A DNA stretch of 24,715 nucleotides from Caldilineales bacterium (GTDB lineage: Bacteria > Chloroflexota > Anaerolineae > Caldilineales > Caldilineaceae), in the NCBI GenBank assembly GCA_038251215.1, contig JBBSBO010000001.1, forward strand, positions 1 to 24,715, read 5' to 3'. The notes below the pieces were generated by a model, which was given only the letters and a program-made list of their open reading frames with translations, had not been told where the DNA came from and did not search any database. Of this stretch, positions 15,577 to 24,715 are shown piece after piece. Position numbers and translations under genes: made by a program. Positions within the stretch are counted from its first letter, which is position 1. Each line of letters starts with the position of its first letter.

Positions 15577-17070
15577 ATGACAATTCGTCTGCGCTTAACC
15601 CTCTGGTACACCGCGCTGCTGGGCGCCACGCTGATCCTCTTCAGCTTCATCTTCTATGCGGCGCTGGCGGCTAACCTGTGGATGCAAACCGAACAGGATG
15701 CCTCAGTCCAGGCCGCCGAGGTAGCCAAGACCGTCACGCAGCAGCTGCAGCACGACATCTTTATCATCCGCAACAATCCCATGCGCATTCAGTTTCCGGA
15801 GCTAGAGTTCTTTTCCAGTTCCGTCGGCGTGCAGATTATTGACCTCAACGGCATGATCGCCAAGCGCAGCCAGAACCTCGGCTCTATGGTCGTGGACAAC
15901 TACACTGTGGCGCTCGAAGATATACGCAACGGCCGCAGCCATCGCTTGTATACTACCAACGAGATGGGCACGCCCTTGCTCGTTGTCAGCATGCCCTTGC
16001 CGGTCAACAATACGATCGTGGGCGCGGTGCAAGTCATCAAACCGGTGGTCGGCGTCGAGGATACGCTCAGCCAAGTCAGCCGCTACTTGATTTTGGGGAC
16101 GGCGCTCAGTCTGCTGCTCGCCGCCATCGTGGGCGCCTTCCTGGCACGCCGCGCCCTCTTCCCCATCGACGTCATCACCAACACAGCCGACGCCATCAGC
16201 CGCACCAAGGACCTCAGCCGCCGCCTTAACATCGCCGCCGACTCGAGCGAAGTGGGCCGGCTCGCCGCTACCTTCAATGAGATGCTCGACCGCATCCAAC
16301 AGCTTTTCAAGACGCAACAGCGTCTGATCGCCGATGTCAGCCACGAGCTGCGCACGCCGCTCACCACCGTGCAGGGAAATGTGGAGCTGCTGCGCCGCGC
16401 CGTCAACGCCTCGGCCAATGCCCAGGCCGCTGCCGATGTCGCTGCACCCGGCGCAGGCGCGCTACACGCCGACCTCTCGCCCGCCATGCTGCAAGAATCG
16501 CTCAACGAAGTGGAGATCGAAACTGCGCGCATGGGCGCTATGATCAGCGACCTGCTGCTCCTGGCCCAGGCCGACAGCGGCGCGCTGCAGCTTCAGATTG
16601 CCCCCGTCGAACTTGATACGCTCTTGCTCGATGTCTTCCGCCAAACACGGCGCATCGCCGAGCGCGCCAAAGGCCCCGGCGCGCTGGAACTTCGCCTGGG
16701 CAGCGAAGACCAAGCCCTTGTACTGGGCGACGCCGAGCGGCTGCGCCAACTACTGCTCAACCTGGCAGACAACGCGGTGAAATACACGCCGGTCGGCGGC
16801 ATCATCACCTTCAGCCTGGAGAACACGCCGGAGTGGGTCAAGGTCTCCGTCACCGACACGGGCATCGGCATCAGTGCCGAGAGCCAGAAGCACGTCTTCG
16901 ACCGCTTCTATCGCACAGACAAAGCCCGCAGCCGCGAGATGGGCGGCAGCGGCCTCGGATTGAGCATCGTACTCTCCATCGCGGAGGCCCACCACGGCAA
17001 AATCACCGTAGAGAGCGAACCGCAGCAGGGCAGCACCTTCACCCTATGGCTGCCCCCTCTGTCCGCCTAA
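15577..17070 (+). CDS. Membrane sensor histidine kinase (TM-sensor-TM-HAMP-HisKA-HATPase)
   Basis: [11 protein letters not shown] plus TM1, TM2, [22 protein letters not shown]-box [12 protein letters not shown]-box [24 protein letters not shown]. Confidence 0.93.
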   Translation: MTIRLRLTLWYTALLGATLILFSFIFYAALAANLWMQTEQDASVQAAEVAKTVTQQLQHDIFIIRNNPMRIQFPELEFFSSSVGVQIIDLNGMIAKRSQNLGSMVVDNYTVALEDIRNGRSHRLYTTNEMGTPLLVVSMPLPVNNTIVGAVQVIKPVVGVEDTLSQVSRYLILGTALSLLLAAIVGAFLARRALFPIDVITNTADAISRTKDLSRRLNIAADSSEVGRLAATFNEMLDRIQQLFKTQQRLIADVSHELRTPLTTVQGNVELLRRAVNASANAQAAADVAAPGAGALHADLSPAMLQESLNEVEIETARMGAMISDLLLLAQADSGALQLQIAPVELDTLLLDVFRQTRRIAERAKGPGALELRLGSEDQALVLGDAERLRQLLLNLADNAVKYTPVGGIITFSLENTPEWVKVSVTDTGIGISAESQKHVFDRFYRTDKARSREMGGSGLGLSIVLSIAEAHHGKITVESEPQQGSTFTLWLPPLSA

Positions 17071-17184
17071 GCCAACGGGCCTGCACGGCTGCCTCGCCCG
17101 GACGGCTCCCGAACGACGTAGCCGACGCAAGCCTGCCGGTCAGTTAGTCTATCGGCTCCTCGCCGCCCGCCTACTCCCTACTTC

Positions 17185-18540
17185 TTACTTCTCCACCGTG
17201 CCCATCAGTTGCACAATGGCCGGCTCTTGGCTCAGCGCCTGCTCCGCGTCGCCCATCAGGATCAACGCCGTGACGCGGTCGGGGGTGAGCAAGAGATAGA
17301 AGATCATCGGAATGCCGCTCATTTCGTCGAAGCTCGCCTCGCCGCCGAAGCGCACCAGCGCCGTGCCCTCTTCCACCGAGACCTGCGTCAGCGCCTCATC
17401 CTGCACAAACTCCTCGGAGGAGATATTCATCAGCTCCAGCAACGTCTGTACCAAGTCGGCTGCGGTCTCTGCGTCCACCTCTGCGCCTTGGCCCTGGAGG
17501 AGCGCGTCGAGGTCCAGCCCTTCCTCCTCCGGCGTGCCGGGCGCAATCCCCAAGATGCCCGCGAACTGGAGGTCGGCGTCGGCGATGATCACGGGCAGGT
17601 CCTCGTCACCGGTCGGTGCAATCTGCCAGGTCTCGGGCAGAACCAAGCTCAGGCCGCTGGCCTCATCCGTATACTCCAGCGGGCCGCCTTCCGCCGTGGT
17701 CAAGGTCAACAGCGTGGGGTCGAAGAACATGCTCTCGGCCATCAGGTCGACGGCGCCCTCGACTTCGGCCCACACGTCCGGCGCGGCGAAGGCATACAGG
17801 GCATATGTATCCGTGCCTGGCGACACCATATAGATCGCGCCTTCGCCCGCCCCGTCTTCGGCGCTAATGCTGAGCGCGATCTTTGCGATCGGCAACTCTT
17901 GCCCCGTCGTCAAAGCGGTAACCGCAATTAACTCAGCGCTGGGATCGATGGCCGCCACCAGCGCATCAGCCTGCGTTTGGAAGAGAACCATGCCGAGCAG
18001 GCCGGGGAATTCCTCCGCGCTCATCGGCTGTACAAAGCCGATAAATTCCGTATCCGGTATTTCCAGGTTGAAGATCGTGCCGAAGTCGCCCGGCTCGACG
18101 ACCCAGTCGCTCGGCGCCTGCACGATCACGCCCTCGTTGCTGTGCTGCACCAGCGCGGCGAACGTGGAATCCACGGCAGGCGGCGCTTCTTCTTCCGCCT
18201 CCGGCGTCGCCGTGGCGTCCACCTGCGGCGTCTCTTCTTCCGGCGTCGCCGTCGGCTCAACCTCGTCGGCGACCATGGGCGTGGGTTCCGGCGTCGGCGT
18301 CAGCGCCTCTACCACGCCGTCAGTTGAAGCTGTCGCCGAAGTCACTTCGCCCTTCAGCGGGCGCACGATGCGGGCCACTTCCGCCAAACCGGCCACGGCC
18401 GCGGCATTTCCGGGGTCTGCGCTCTGTGACTGCATGAGCGCGCTCCCGTCGAAACCGGCGGCGATCACGCTCGCCGGCGCGCTGATGCCCAGGATAAGTG
18501 CCGGCAAGAGCAAAAACCGAAGCCAAAATACCTGTCGCAT
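17185..18540 (-). CDS. Exported acidic hypothetical protein with two related domains
   Basis: Signal-peptide-like N-terminus, T/P/E/A-rich linker, two G-x-(S/I)-x3-P-x2-W segments. RBS GAGGGGAGG. Confidence 0.7.
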   Translation of the reverse strand: MRQVFWLRFLLLPALILGISAPASVIAAGFDGSALMQSQSADPGNAAAVAGLAEVARIVRPLKGEVTSATASTDGVVEALTPTPEPTPMVADEVEPTATPEEETPQVDATATPEAEEEAPPAVDSTFAALVQHSNEGVIVQAPSDWVVEPGDFGTIFNLEIPDTEFIGFVQPMSAEEFPGLLGMVLFQTQADALVAAIDPSAELIAVTALTTGQELPIAKIALSISAEDGAGEGAIYMVSPGTDTYALYAFAAPDVWAEVEGAVDLMAESMFFDPTLLTLTTAEGGPLEYTDEASGLSLVLPETWQIAPTGDEDLPVIIADADLQFAGILGIAPGTPEEEGLDLDALLQGQGAEVDAETAADLVQTLLELMNISSEEFVQDEALTQVSVEEGTALVRFGGEASFDEMSGIPMIFYLLLTPDRVTALILMGDAEQALSQEPAIVQLMGTVEK

Positions 18541-18665
18541 AGGGCCTCCCCTCGTTATTGTCCCTTGTTGTTATATGGGTTATATGGACATTACATGGAT
18601 TGGGCGAATAAAGGGTGATAGGTCGAAAATCGCACAGGTTGCACGAACGAACTATACAAACTACA

Positions 18666-20330
18666 TCAAACTGAGAAGAGATTGCCCTCCGCCTCGCGCA
18701 CGTCCTGGTTCACGGGTAGCGTCACAAAGATAGTCGTCCCGCCGCCCACCTCGCTGCGCGCCCAGATCTGGCCGCCGTGCGCCTCGACAATGGCCTTCGT
18801 CAAGAACAGACCCAGCCCGCTGCCCTCGGTGCTGCGCCGCAAGGTGCTATCCACGCGATAGAAGCGGTCGAAAATGCGCGCCAGCTCATGCCGCGGGATG
18901 CCGATGCCCTGGTCCGCCACATATAGCACCACGCGCGCGCTGTCCCCCGTCTCCACCCAGCCGCCGATGCGGATCAAGCCGCCGTCGGGCGAGTATTTGA
19001 TGGCGTTGCCGACGAGGTTGGTCAATACCTGGCGCAGCCGCTCCTCGTCGCCCCAGATCAAAGGCAGGCGGTGCGGAAAGTCCACCTCAATGCGGTGACG
19101 TTCCGTCTGCGTGCGATAGATCTCCGCCACGCGCCGCGCCACATCCTCGATCTCGACGTCGGCGTAGTCCAGGCGCAGCCCGCTTGCCTGGATGCGACTG
19201 ACATCCAGCAAATTGTTGATCAGCGCCTCCAGCCGGTCGGCCTCCTCCTCGATCACCTGCAAGCTGCCGCGCGCCGTCTCGGCGTCCCAGTCGGCGTCGG
19301 GCCGGGCGAGCGTCTGCGCATAGCCCTTGATCAGCGCCACAGGCGTCTTCAGTTCATGGCTGATGATCGACGTGAAGGTCGACTTCATCTCCTCTTCTTC
19401 GCGAAAGCGCGTGATGTCATGCACGTTGGCGATGATGTTGACCAGTTCGCCGCCGGCGTCGTCAAACAGCGGCGTATACGTGATCGACACGGTGATGCGC
19501 CCGCCGCCGGGCCGCACCAGGTCGCCCTCGCAGCGCGCGCCGCTCTCGGGCAAATACGCGGGCGACGCCTCGCGCTGGCACAGATCCTCGCCTTGCACGT
19601 TTTCCAGCTGCAAGACCTCGTGGCAAGGCCGGCCCAGCGTCTCGTCCTCCGAAAGGCCGACCATAGCCGCCAGCGCCTGGTTGATCACGACCACGCGGCG
19701 GTCCATGTTGAGGATCAAGATGCCGTCGGCGCTGTTCTCGATGATCGTCGCCAGCCTGCTGCGCTCCGTCTCCAGTTGATTGACCAAACGCGCGTTGCGC
19801 ACGGCGATCGCGGCCTGATCCACAAAGCCTTGCAGCAACTGCCAATCCATGCGCGTGAAGGCATACTCGCTGCGAAAGAGGTAGATAATGCCCAACAGGT
19901 CCGTTTGGAAGAAGAGCGGCAGCCGCACTACCTGGCCTAGCGTAATGCCCAGCGTCTCTTCCACCTGATGGACGCGGGCTTGCAAGTCCGACGAATGGGG
20001 TTCAAACAGATCGGCTTCACCGCCCTCGGCGTCCCAGACAGGCGGCAGCGCCTCCAGCAGCGGCTCGAAGGCGGACACATATTTGGGCGGAATATTGTAG
20101 ACCGCGCGCACTTGCAGCCCGCTCAGCACCACCTGCGGGCGGTCCAGCTCGGCGTGTTCATTCTCCAGCGCGATCAGCCCCGTGCGACAGCCGACCATCT
20201 CGGCCGCGCTGCCCAGGATCAGCTTGAGCAGGCTAGGCAACTCCAGGTGAGAGGTCATGGCGCGCGTGATGCGCAGCAAATATTCGCGCTGGCGCAACTG
20301 ATACGTCGCCATCAATGCGGGTACGTTCAT
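18666..20330 (-). CDS. Soluble GAF-PAS-HisKA-HATPase histidine kinase with no adjacent response regulator
   Basis: GAF ending DQAAIAVRNARL, PAS IIENSADGILIL, H-box ISHELKTPVALIKGY, NLVGNAIKYS, DQGIGI, EGSGLGLFL. No TM segment seen. Confidence 0.9.
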   Translation of the reverse strand: MNVPALMATYQLRQREYLLRITRAMTSHLELPSLLKLILGSAAEMVGCRTGLIALENEHAELDRPQVVLSGLQVRAVYNIPPKYVSAFEPLLEALPPVWDAEGGEADLFEPHSSDLQARVHQVEETLGITLGQVVRLPLFFQTDLLGIIYLFRSEYAFTRMDWQLLQGFVDQAAIAVRNARLVNQLETERSRLATIIENSADGILILNMDRRVVVINQALAAMVGLSEDETLGRPCHEVLQLENVQGEDLCQREASPAYLPESGARCEGDLVRPGGGRITVSITYTPLFDDAGGELVNIIANVHDITRFREEEEMKSTFTSIISHELKTPVALIKGYAQTLARPDADWDAETARGSLQVIEEEADRLEALINNLLDVSRIQASGLRLDYADVEIEDVARRVAEIYRTQTERHRIEVDFPHRLPLIWGDEERLRQVLTNLVGNAIKYSPDGGLIRIGGWVETGDSARVVLYVADQGIGIPRHELARIFDRFYRVDSTLRRSTEGSGLGLFLTKAIVEAHGGQIWARSEVGGGTTIFVTLPVNQDVREAEGNLFSV

Positions 20331-20337
20331 AGTGTGG

Positions 20338-20366
20338 ATTATAGCCCAGCACGAGGAGGATGCAAA
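20338..20366 (-). promoter_or_regulatory. Promoter of the GAF-PAS kinase, probably producing a leaderless mRNA
   Basis: On the minus strand: TTTGCA, 17 bp spacer, TATAAT, CCACACT, ATG. Confidence 0.65.
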
Positions 20367-20395
20367 CGAAATGGGCGCCCCAAGACGGCGCGCCC
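20364..20395 (-). terminator. Possible terminator after cdd
   Basis: Minus strand GGGCGC, 11-nt loop, GCGCCC, then ATTTCGTTT. Confidence 0.4.
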
Positions 20396-20426
20396 GCGTT
20401 CAATCAAAGACCGGGCGGCGTGAGCG

Positions 20427-20819
20427 CTAGGGCGTCAGGCTGGCGCCCGAAAACGAATCGGGCAGCAACTCCGCCACCGACGTGCGGCGAAACGCCCCGT
20501 GCTCGTCGGCGATGTACACCTGCATAGCCGGCCCCAGTTCCGCCATCACCTGGCGACAGATGCCGCAGGGCGATCCGCCGTCGCGCGTCGCCACGGCGAT
20601 CGCCACCGGCGCGCCCAGCCCCTGCGCCACCAGGCTGGTGAGCGCCACGCGCTCGGCGCAAATGGTCGCCGGGTAGGCCGCGTTTTCCACATTACAGCCC
20701 AGCGCCACTTGACCGTCCGCCGTCAGCGCCGCCGCGCCCACAGCATAGCCGCTGTAAGGCGCATAGGCGCGGCCGCGAGCTTGCAGCGCGTACTCCACCA
20801 ATTGTTCGGGCGTGATCAT
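20427..20819 (-). CDS. cdd: Cytidine deaminase (tetrameric, Cys-type)
   Basis: AYAPYSGYAVGAA, GCNVENAAY, ICAERVA, SPCGICRQ. Confidence 0.95.
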   Translation of the reverse strand: MITPEQLVEYALQARGRAYAPYSGYAVGAAALTADGQVALGCNVENAAYPATICAERVALTSLVAQGLGAPVAIAVATRDGGSPCGICRQVMAELGPAMQVYIADEHGAFRRTSVAELLPDSFSGASLTP

Positions 20820-20831
20820 GCTGGGTTATCC

Positions 20832-22205
20832 TCACTTAGACATTGAGTAATTGAAAGCCGACTGATCCTTGGCGGACAGACCGTCCCGCGCCGCATCGGT
20901 TGCGCCGCGCTTGGCAGGAGCAGGCTCCGCCTCGGTGCGCGCCGGCGTCTGTACCGGGGTCACAGGCTCGGCGCGCACCTCGTCGATGCGGCGGCCCTCC
21001 AGCGTGTGAACAATGAAGCGCCAGTCGGCTACCTCGACGGACTCGCCCGGCTCGGGCACATGGCCCAGTTCGCTGTAGATCAGCCCGCCAAGCGTGTCGG
21101 CGTCTTCATCCGGCACGTCCAGATTCAACAGCTTGGAAAGCGAGTAGAGGTCCAGGCGTGCGTTGAGCAGGTAAACATCCCCGCCCAATGCCTGCACAAA
21201 GATATCCTCTTCCTCGTCATATTCGTCCTGAATCTCGCCCACAATTTCTTCAATGATATCTTCGATCGTGACCAAGCCGGCGGTGCCGCCATACTCGTCC
21301 ACCACCATCGCCACATGCACGCGCCGCTTCTGCATCTCCTTGAGCAGCGCGTTGACCTTCTTGCTGGCAGGCACAAAGTAGGCGGGGCGCAGCAGCGTGC
21401 TGATGGGCATATCATCCCGGTTTTCGCGGAAGCAACTCAACAGGTCCTTGGCATACAAAAAGCCGACAATGTGGTCGATGTTGCCCTCGAACACGGGAAT
21501 ACGGCTGTGCCCGGCATCGATCGCCGTGTCCAGCGCCTGGCGCAAGCTGGTTTGAATGTCCATCGCCATGACGTCCATGCGGGGGACCATCACCTCGCGC
21601 GTCACCGTTTCGTCCATCTCCAAAATGCCGGCGATCATCTGCTTTTCGCTGTCGAGGATGGTCTCCTCTTCGTCGCCGACATTCATCAACAGGCGCAGCC
21701 CCTCTTCGGAGAGGAAGACGTTGTCGCCGTTCTCGACATCTTCTTCGTTCGCCGCAGACAGACCGATGCGGCGCAGCACTATGGAAAACGGCCACAGCAG
21801 GCGCGAGAACGTCTGCATCACCGGCGCGGCGTGCAGGGCAATTGGCAGCGGGCGACGCACGACCACGGCGCGCCCCAGCACCTGCACCACAGCAAAGCCG
21901 ATCCACGCTGCGGCTACAGCCCATGCCACCTGCGCCGTCGTCGCCGCGGCGGGCAACATGCGCACCAGCGCCGCCCCCGCGGCTACCAGCCCCGCCGTGG
22001 TCAGCAGCATCGAGGCCACAAACAACTGATCCGGCTCACGCAAAAGTCGCTCGGCGATGGCCGCGCGGCGATCTCCCTCTTCACTCCGCTTGCGAATCTC
22101 GCTGCGGCTCGCCATCGTCAAGGCCAGCTCCATCACTACCGCCAAGCCCACAGCCAGCAGCGCGAGCGCCAAGACGATCAAAGATAACGGGTCAGGTTCC
22201 ACCAT
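20832..22205 (-). CDS. CNNM/DUF21-CBS-CBS-CorC_HlyC protein (hemolysin/CorC-like Mg2+/Co2+ homeostasis family)
   Basis: N-terminal TM domain, VREVMVPRMDV, HSRIPVF, VVDEYGGTAGLVTIEDIIEEIVGEIQDEYD, C-terminal DTLGGLIYSELGHVP. Confidence 0.9.
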   Translation of the reverse strand: MVEPDPLSLIVLALALLAVGLAVVMELALTMASRSEIRKRSEEGDRRAAIAERLLREPDQLFVASMLLTTAGLVAAGAALVRMLPAAATTAQVAWAVAAAWIGFAVVQVLGRAVVVRRPLPIALHAAPVMQTFSRLLWPFSIVLRRIGLSAANEEDVENGDNVFLSEEGLRLLMNVGDEEETILDSEKQMIAGILEMDETVTREVMVPRMDVMAMDIQTSLRQALDTAIDAGHSRIPVFEGNIDHIVGFLYAKDLLSCFRENRDDMPISTLLRPAYFVPASKKVNALLKEMQKRRVHVAMVVDEYGGTAGLVTIEDIIEEIVGEIQDEYDEEEDIFVQALGGDVYLLNARLDLYSLSKLLNLDVPDEDADTLGGLIYSELGHVPEPGESVEVADWRFIVHTLEGRRIDEVRAEPVTPVQTPARTEAEPAPAKRGATDAARDGLSAKDQSAFNYSMSK

Positions 22206-22254
22206 TCACTCCTATACAATACACCGAACAAAACACGCTAACCGCGCGTGCGCT

Positions 22255-23628
22255 TCAACTTTCCTGGGGCCGGCTGCCCGAAGCAGGGCGCAGCCGTGCA
22301 GGCACGCCCACCGCGACCGCGTGCGGCGGCACATCGTGGGTCACTACCGCGCCGGCGCCGGTCTTGGCGCCCTCGCCTATCTCCACCGGCGCCACCAGCA
22401 TCGTATCGCTGCCGATAAAGGCGCCGTCGCCGATCACCGTCCGGTGCTTGTGCGCCCTATCATAATTGCACGTAATCGTGCCCGCGCCGATATTCACGTC
22501 GGCGCCCACCTGCGCGTCGCCCATGTAGCTGAAATGGCCCATCTTGGCGCCCGGCCCCAGATAGCTGTTCTTCACCTCGCCAAAATTGCCCATGTGTACG
22601 CCCTGCGCCAGATGCGCGCCCTTGCGCAGATGACCGAACGGGCCGATTTGGCAGTCATCTTCCATCACGGCATCTTCCATCACCGAGTTTTGCACCTGGC
22701 AGCGGCTGCCAATGCGACTGTTTACCACGCGGCTGTAGGGGCCGATGGTCGCATGGCCGCCGATGATCGTGTTCCCCTCCAGCATCACGCCGGGCAACAG
22801 CACCGTGTCCTGCCCGATCTGCACAACGGCATCCACGTAAGTCGTCGCGGGGTCAACGACCGTCACGCCGTTGAGCATATGTCCCTCTAGGATACGGCTG
22901 CGCAATACCTGCGCCGCCGCGGCCAAATGCACGCGCGTGTTGATGCCGTTGACTTCGTCCAGGGGCGCTGCCATCGTCGCCACGCGGCATCCCTGCGCCG
23001 CGGCGAGGCCCGCCAAGTCGGTCAAGTAATACTCGCCCTTAGCGCTGAGCGGGATCTGCGGTAGGTTTTGCCACAGCCACGCGGCATCGAAACAGTAGAC
23101 GCCGGGGTTCAGTTCGCGCAGCGCCCGCTGCTCCGGCGTACAAGCGGCTTCCTCCACGATGCCCGTCACCTCGCCGCGGGCGTCGCGCACCACGCGGCCA
23201 AAGCCCTGCGGATCGTCGCGCGTGACCGTCAACATCGCCAGCGCCGTTTGGGCGTCGGCCTGCCGTGCGCGGGCGAACAACTCGACGAGCGCGCGCACCG
23301 TCTCGGCGCGCAAGAGGGGCATGTCGCCATACGTCACAACCACGGCCTCGGCCTGCCCCTCTAGCACGGGCTGCGCCTGGAGCACGGCGTGACCGGTGCC
23401 CAGCAGTTCCTTTTGCTCCACGAACTGCGCGCAGCCGTCGAGCAGCGCCTCCACTTGCTCGCGCCCATGCCCCACCACGACGACCGGCGCTCGCCCGCTG
23501 ACGGCTTGCGCCATGTCCACGGCCCACAGCGCCATGGGCTTGCCCAGCAGCGGATGCAGCACCTTGGGCAAGTCTGACTTCATACGCGTGCCGAAGCCCG
23601 CCGCCAATATCACATTTGCCGTACGCAC
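22255..23628 (-). CDS. glmU: Bifunctional UDP-GlcNAc pyrophosphorylase / GlcN-1-P acetyltransferase
   Basis: ILAAGFGTRMKSDLPKVLH, QKELLGTGHAV, KGEYYLTD, hexapeptide repeats, HFSYMGDA, IGAGTITCNYD. GTG start with RBS GGGAG. Confidence 0.96.
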   Translation of the reverse strand: MRTANVILAAGFGTRMKSDLPKVLHPLLGKPMALWAVDMAQAVSGRAPVVVVGHGREQVEALLDGCAQFVEQKELLGTGHAVLQAQPVLEGQAEAVVVTYGDMPLLRAETVRALVELFARARQADAQTALAMLTVTRDDPQGFGRVVRDARGEVTGIVEEAACTPEQRALRELNPGVYCFDAAWLWQNLPQIPLSAKGEYYLTDLAGLAAAQGCRVATMAAPLDEVNGINTRVHLAAAAQVLRSRILEGHMLNGVTVVDPATTYVDAVVQIGQDTVLLPGVMLEGNTIIGGHATIGPYSRVVNSRIGSRCQVQNSVMEDAVMEDDCQIGPFGHLRKGAHLAQGVHMGNFGEVKNSYLGPGAKMGHFSYMGDAQVGADVNIGAGTITCNYDRAHKHRTVIGDGAFIGSDTMLVAPVEIGEGAKTGAGAVVTHDVPPHAVAVGVPARLRPASGSRPQES

Positions 23629-23652
23629 AACGCTTCTCCCCGCCGACTATGA

Positions 23653-23701
23653 AAACAAATAAAAAACCAGACGCGCACGCTTGCCAGCATACGGTCTGGT
23701 T
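23653..23701 (-). terminator. Intrinsic terminator about 25-35 nt upstream of the glmU start
   Basis: Minus strand AACCAGAC-c-GTATGCT-ggca-AGCGTGC-gc-GTCTGGTT, followed by TTTTATTTGTTTT. Confidence 0.75.
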
Positions 23702-23825
23702 GATAATTCCATCTTATTATTCGGTTAACTGTCCGGTCTGATATCCGGCGCCCGCACGAACTGGGCGGTTTATCTTCGTCCATTCACCAACCGCGGAAAA
23801 GAGTTGTCCGTCGTTCCGTCGTTCG

Positions 23826-23854
23826 ATTCTAACACGCCGCCGAGGAGGGCGCAA
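23826..23854 (-). promoter_or_regulatory. Putative sigma70 promoter for the glmU leader
   Basis: Minus strand TTGCGC, 17 bp spacer, TAGAAT with extended -10 TG. Confidence 0.65.
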
Positions 23855-23937
23855 CCTACTCGAGCACGAAAAACGGCGATATGGCCGACAATCTCTGAAG
23901 AAATCCTGGCAATAAAAAGAACGGCGGGGTGGGGTTG

Positions 23938-24055
23938 AGTTGGCGATGACCTACTCTCGCATGCAGTTGCCCGCATACTACCATCGGCGCTGGCGGGCTT
24001 AACTTCCGGGTTCGGGATGGAGCCGGGTGTACCCCCGCCGCTTCTATCACCAACA
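23938..24055 (-). rRNA. rrf: 5S rRNA
   Basis: Minus strand TGTTGGTGAT...GGTACACCCGGCTCCATCCCGAACCCGGAAGTTAAGC...CGCCGATGGTAGT...GAGAGTAGGTCATCGCCAAC; terminal helix pairs. Ends are approximate to a few nt. Confidence 0.97.
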
Positions 24056-24321
24056 CACCGCCTCGCCGTCTTTTTCAGGTTAGCTCGCCCGCACAGCGTA
24101 TCAGTCGGGCCGTTACAGCCTCGCCGATGCACCGGGGCGTCACCCTCGAGACGCTTGGGTGTGTCGCATTTATTGCTTTGTTAAGCAGCTCTGTTAATTC
24201 GAGCTGTTAAGCTGCGCGCCTGGCGTTGGCACGCCGGCGTTCGCACGCTAAAAACTGATTAGGATTAGGTTCTTCACAGTTGCTACAATCTGACTCGTTC
24301 CACTGATATAAGTCGTAGTGT

Positions 24322-24715
<394 letters not shown>

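Noticed and set aside
23770-24132. ORFs 23770-24132 and 23856-24056 on the minus strand
   Set aside because: They overlap the 5S rRNA gene and are spurious.
24056-24321. tRNA in the 23S-5S spacer
   Set aside because: No cloverleaf, T-loop GTTCRA or CCA end could be found on either strand.

Overview
GC-rich bacterial chromosomal window of mostly housekeeping genes, with no mobile element or CRISPR array. The protein repertoire suggests Chloroflexota, but that is inference only. Plus strand, 1-12749: 3' end of yidC, jag/eloR, a PfkB-family kinase, parA, parB, a Gfo/Idh/MocA oxidoreductase, a CarH/LitR-type B12-binding MerR regulator, a degenerate polyprenyl-synthase homologue, a Crp/Fnr regulator, about 970 bp with no convincing ORF, rho, and a LysM-LysM-M23 peptidase. 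Next come fumC (minus) and an OmpR-family regulator plus sensor kinase (plus). The rest is on the minus strand: an exported acidic protein, a GAF-PAS histidine kinase, cdd, a CNNM/CBS (HlyC/CorC) protein, glmU, 5S rRNA and the 3' end of 23S rRNA. Best leads: (1) a putative light/B12-responsive module of CarH, a prenyl synthase lacking DDxxD motifs and a Crp lacking the cAMP-binding Arg; (2) a promoter, ~190-nt leader and intrinsic terminator directly before glmU-hlyC-cdd, which may be an attenuator, riboswitch or sRNA; (3) a consensus promoter about 730 nt upstream of rho; (4) a probable leaderless kinase mRNA; (5) short 9-15 bp tandem duplications in many intergenic spacers. All calls come from reading the sequence by eye; no database searches were run.
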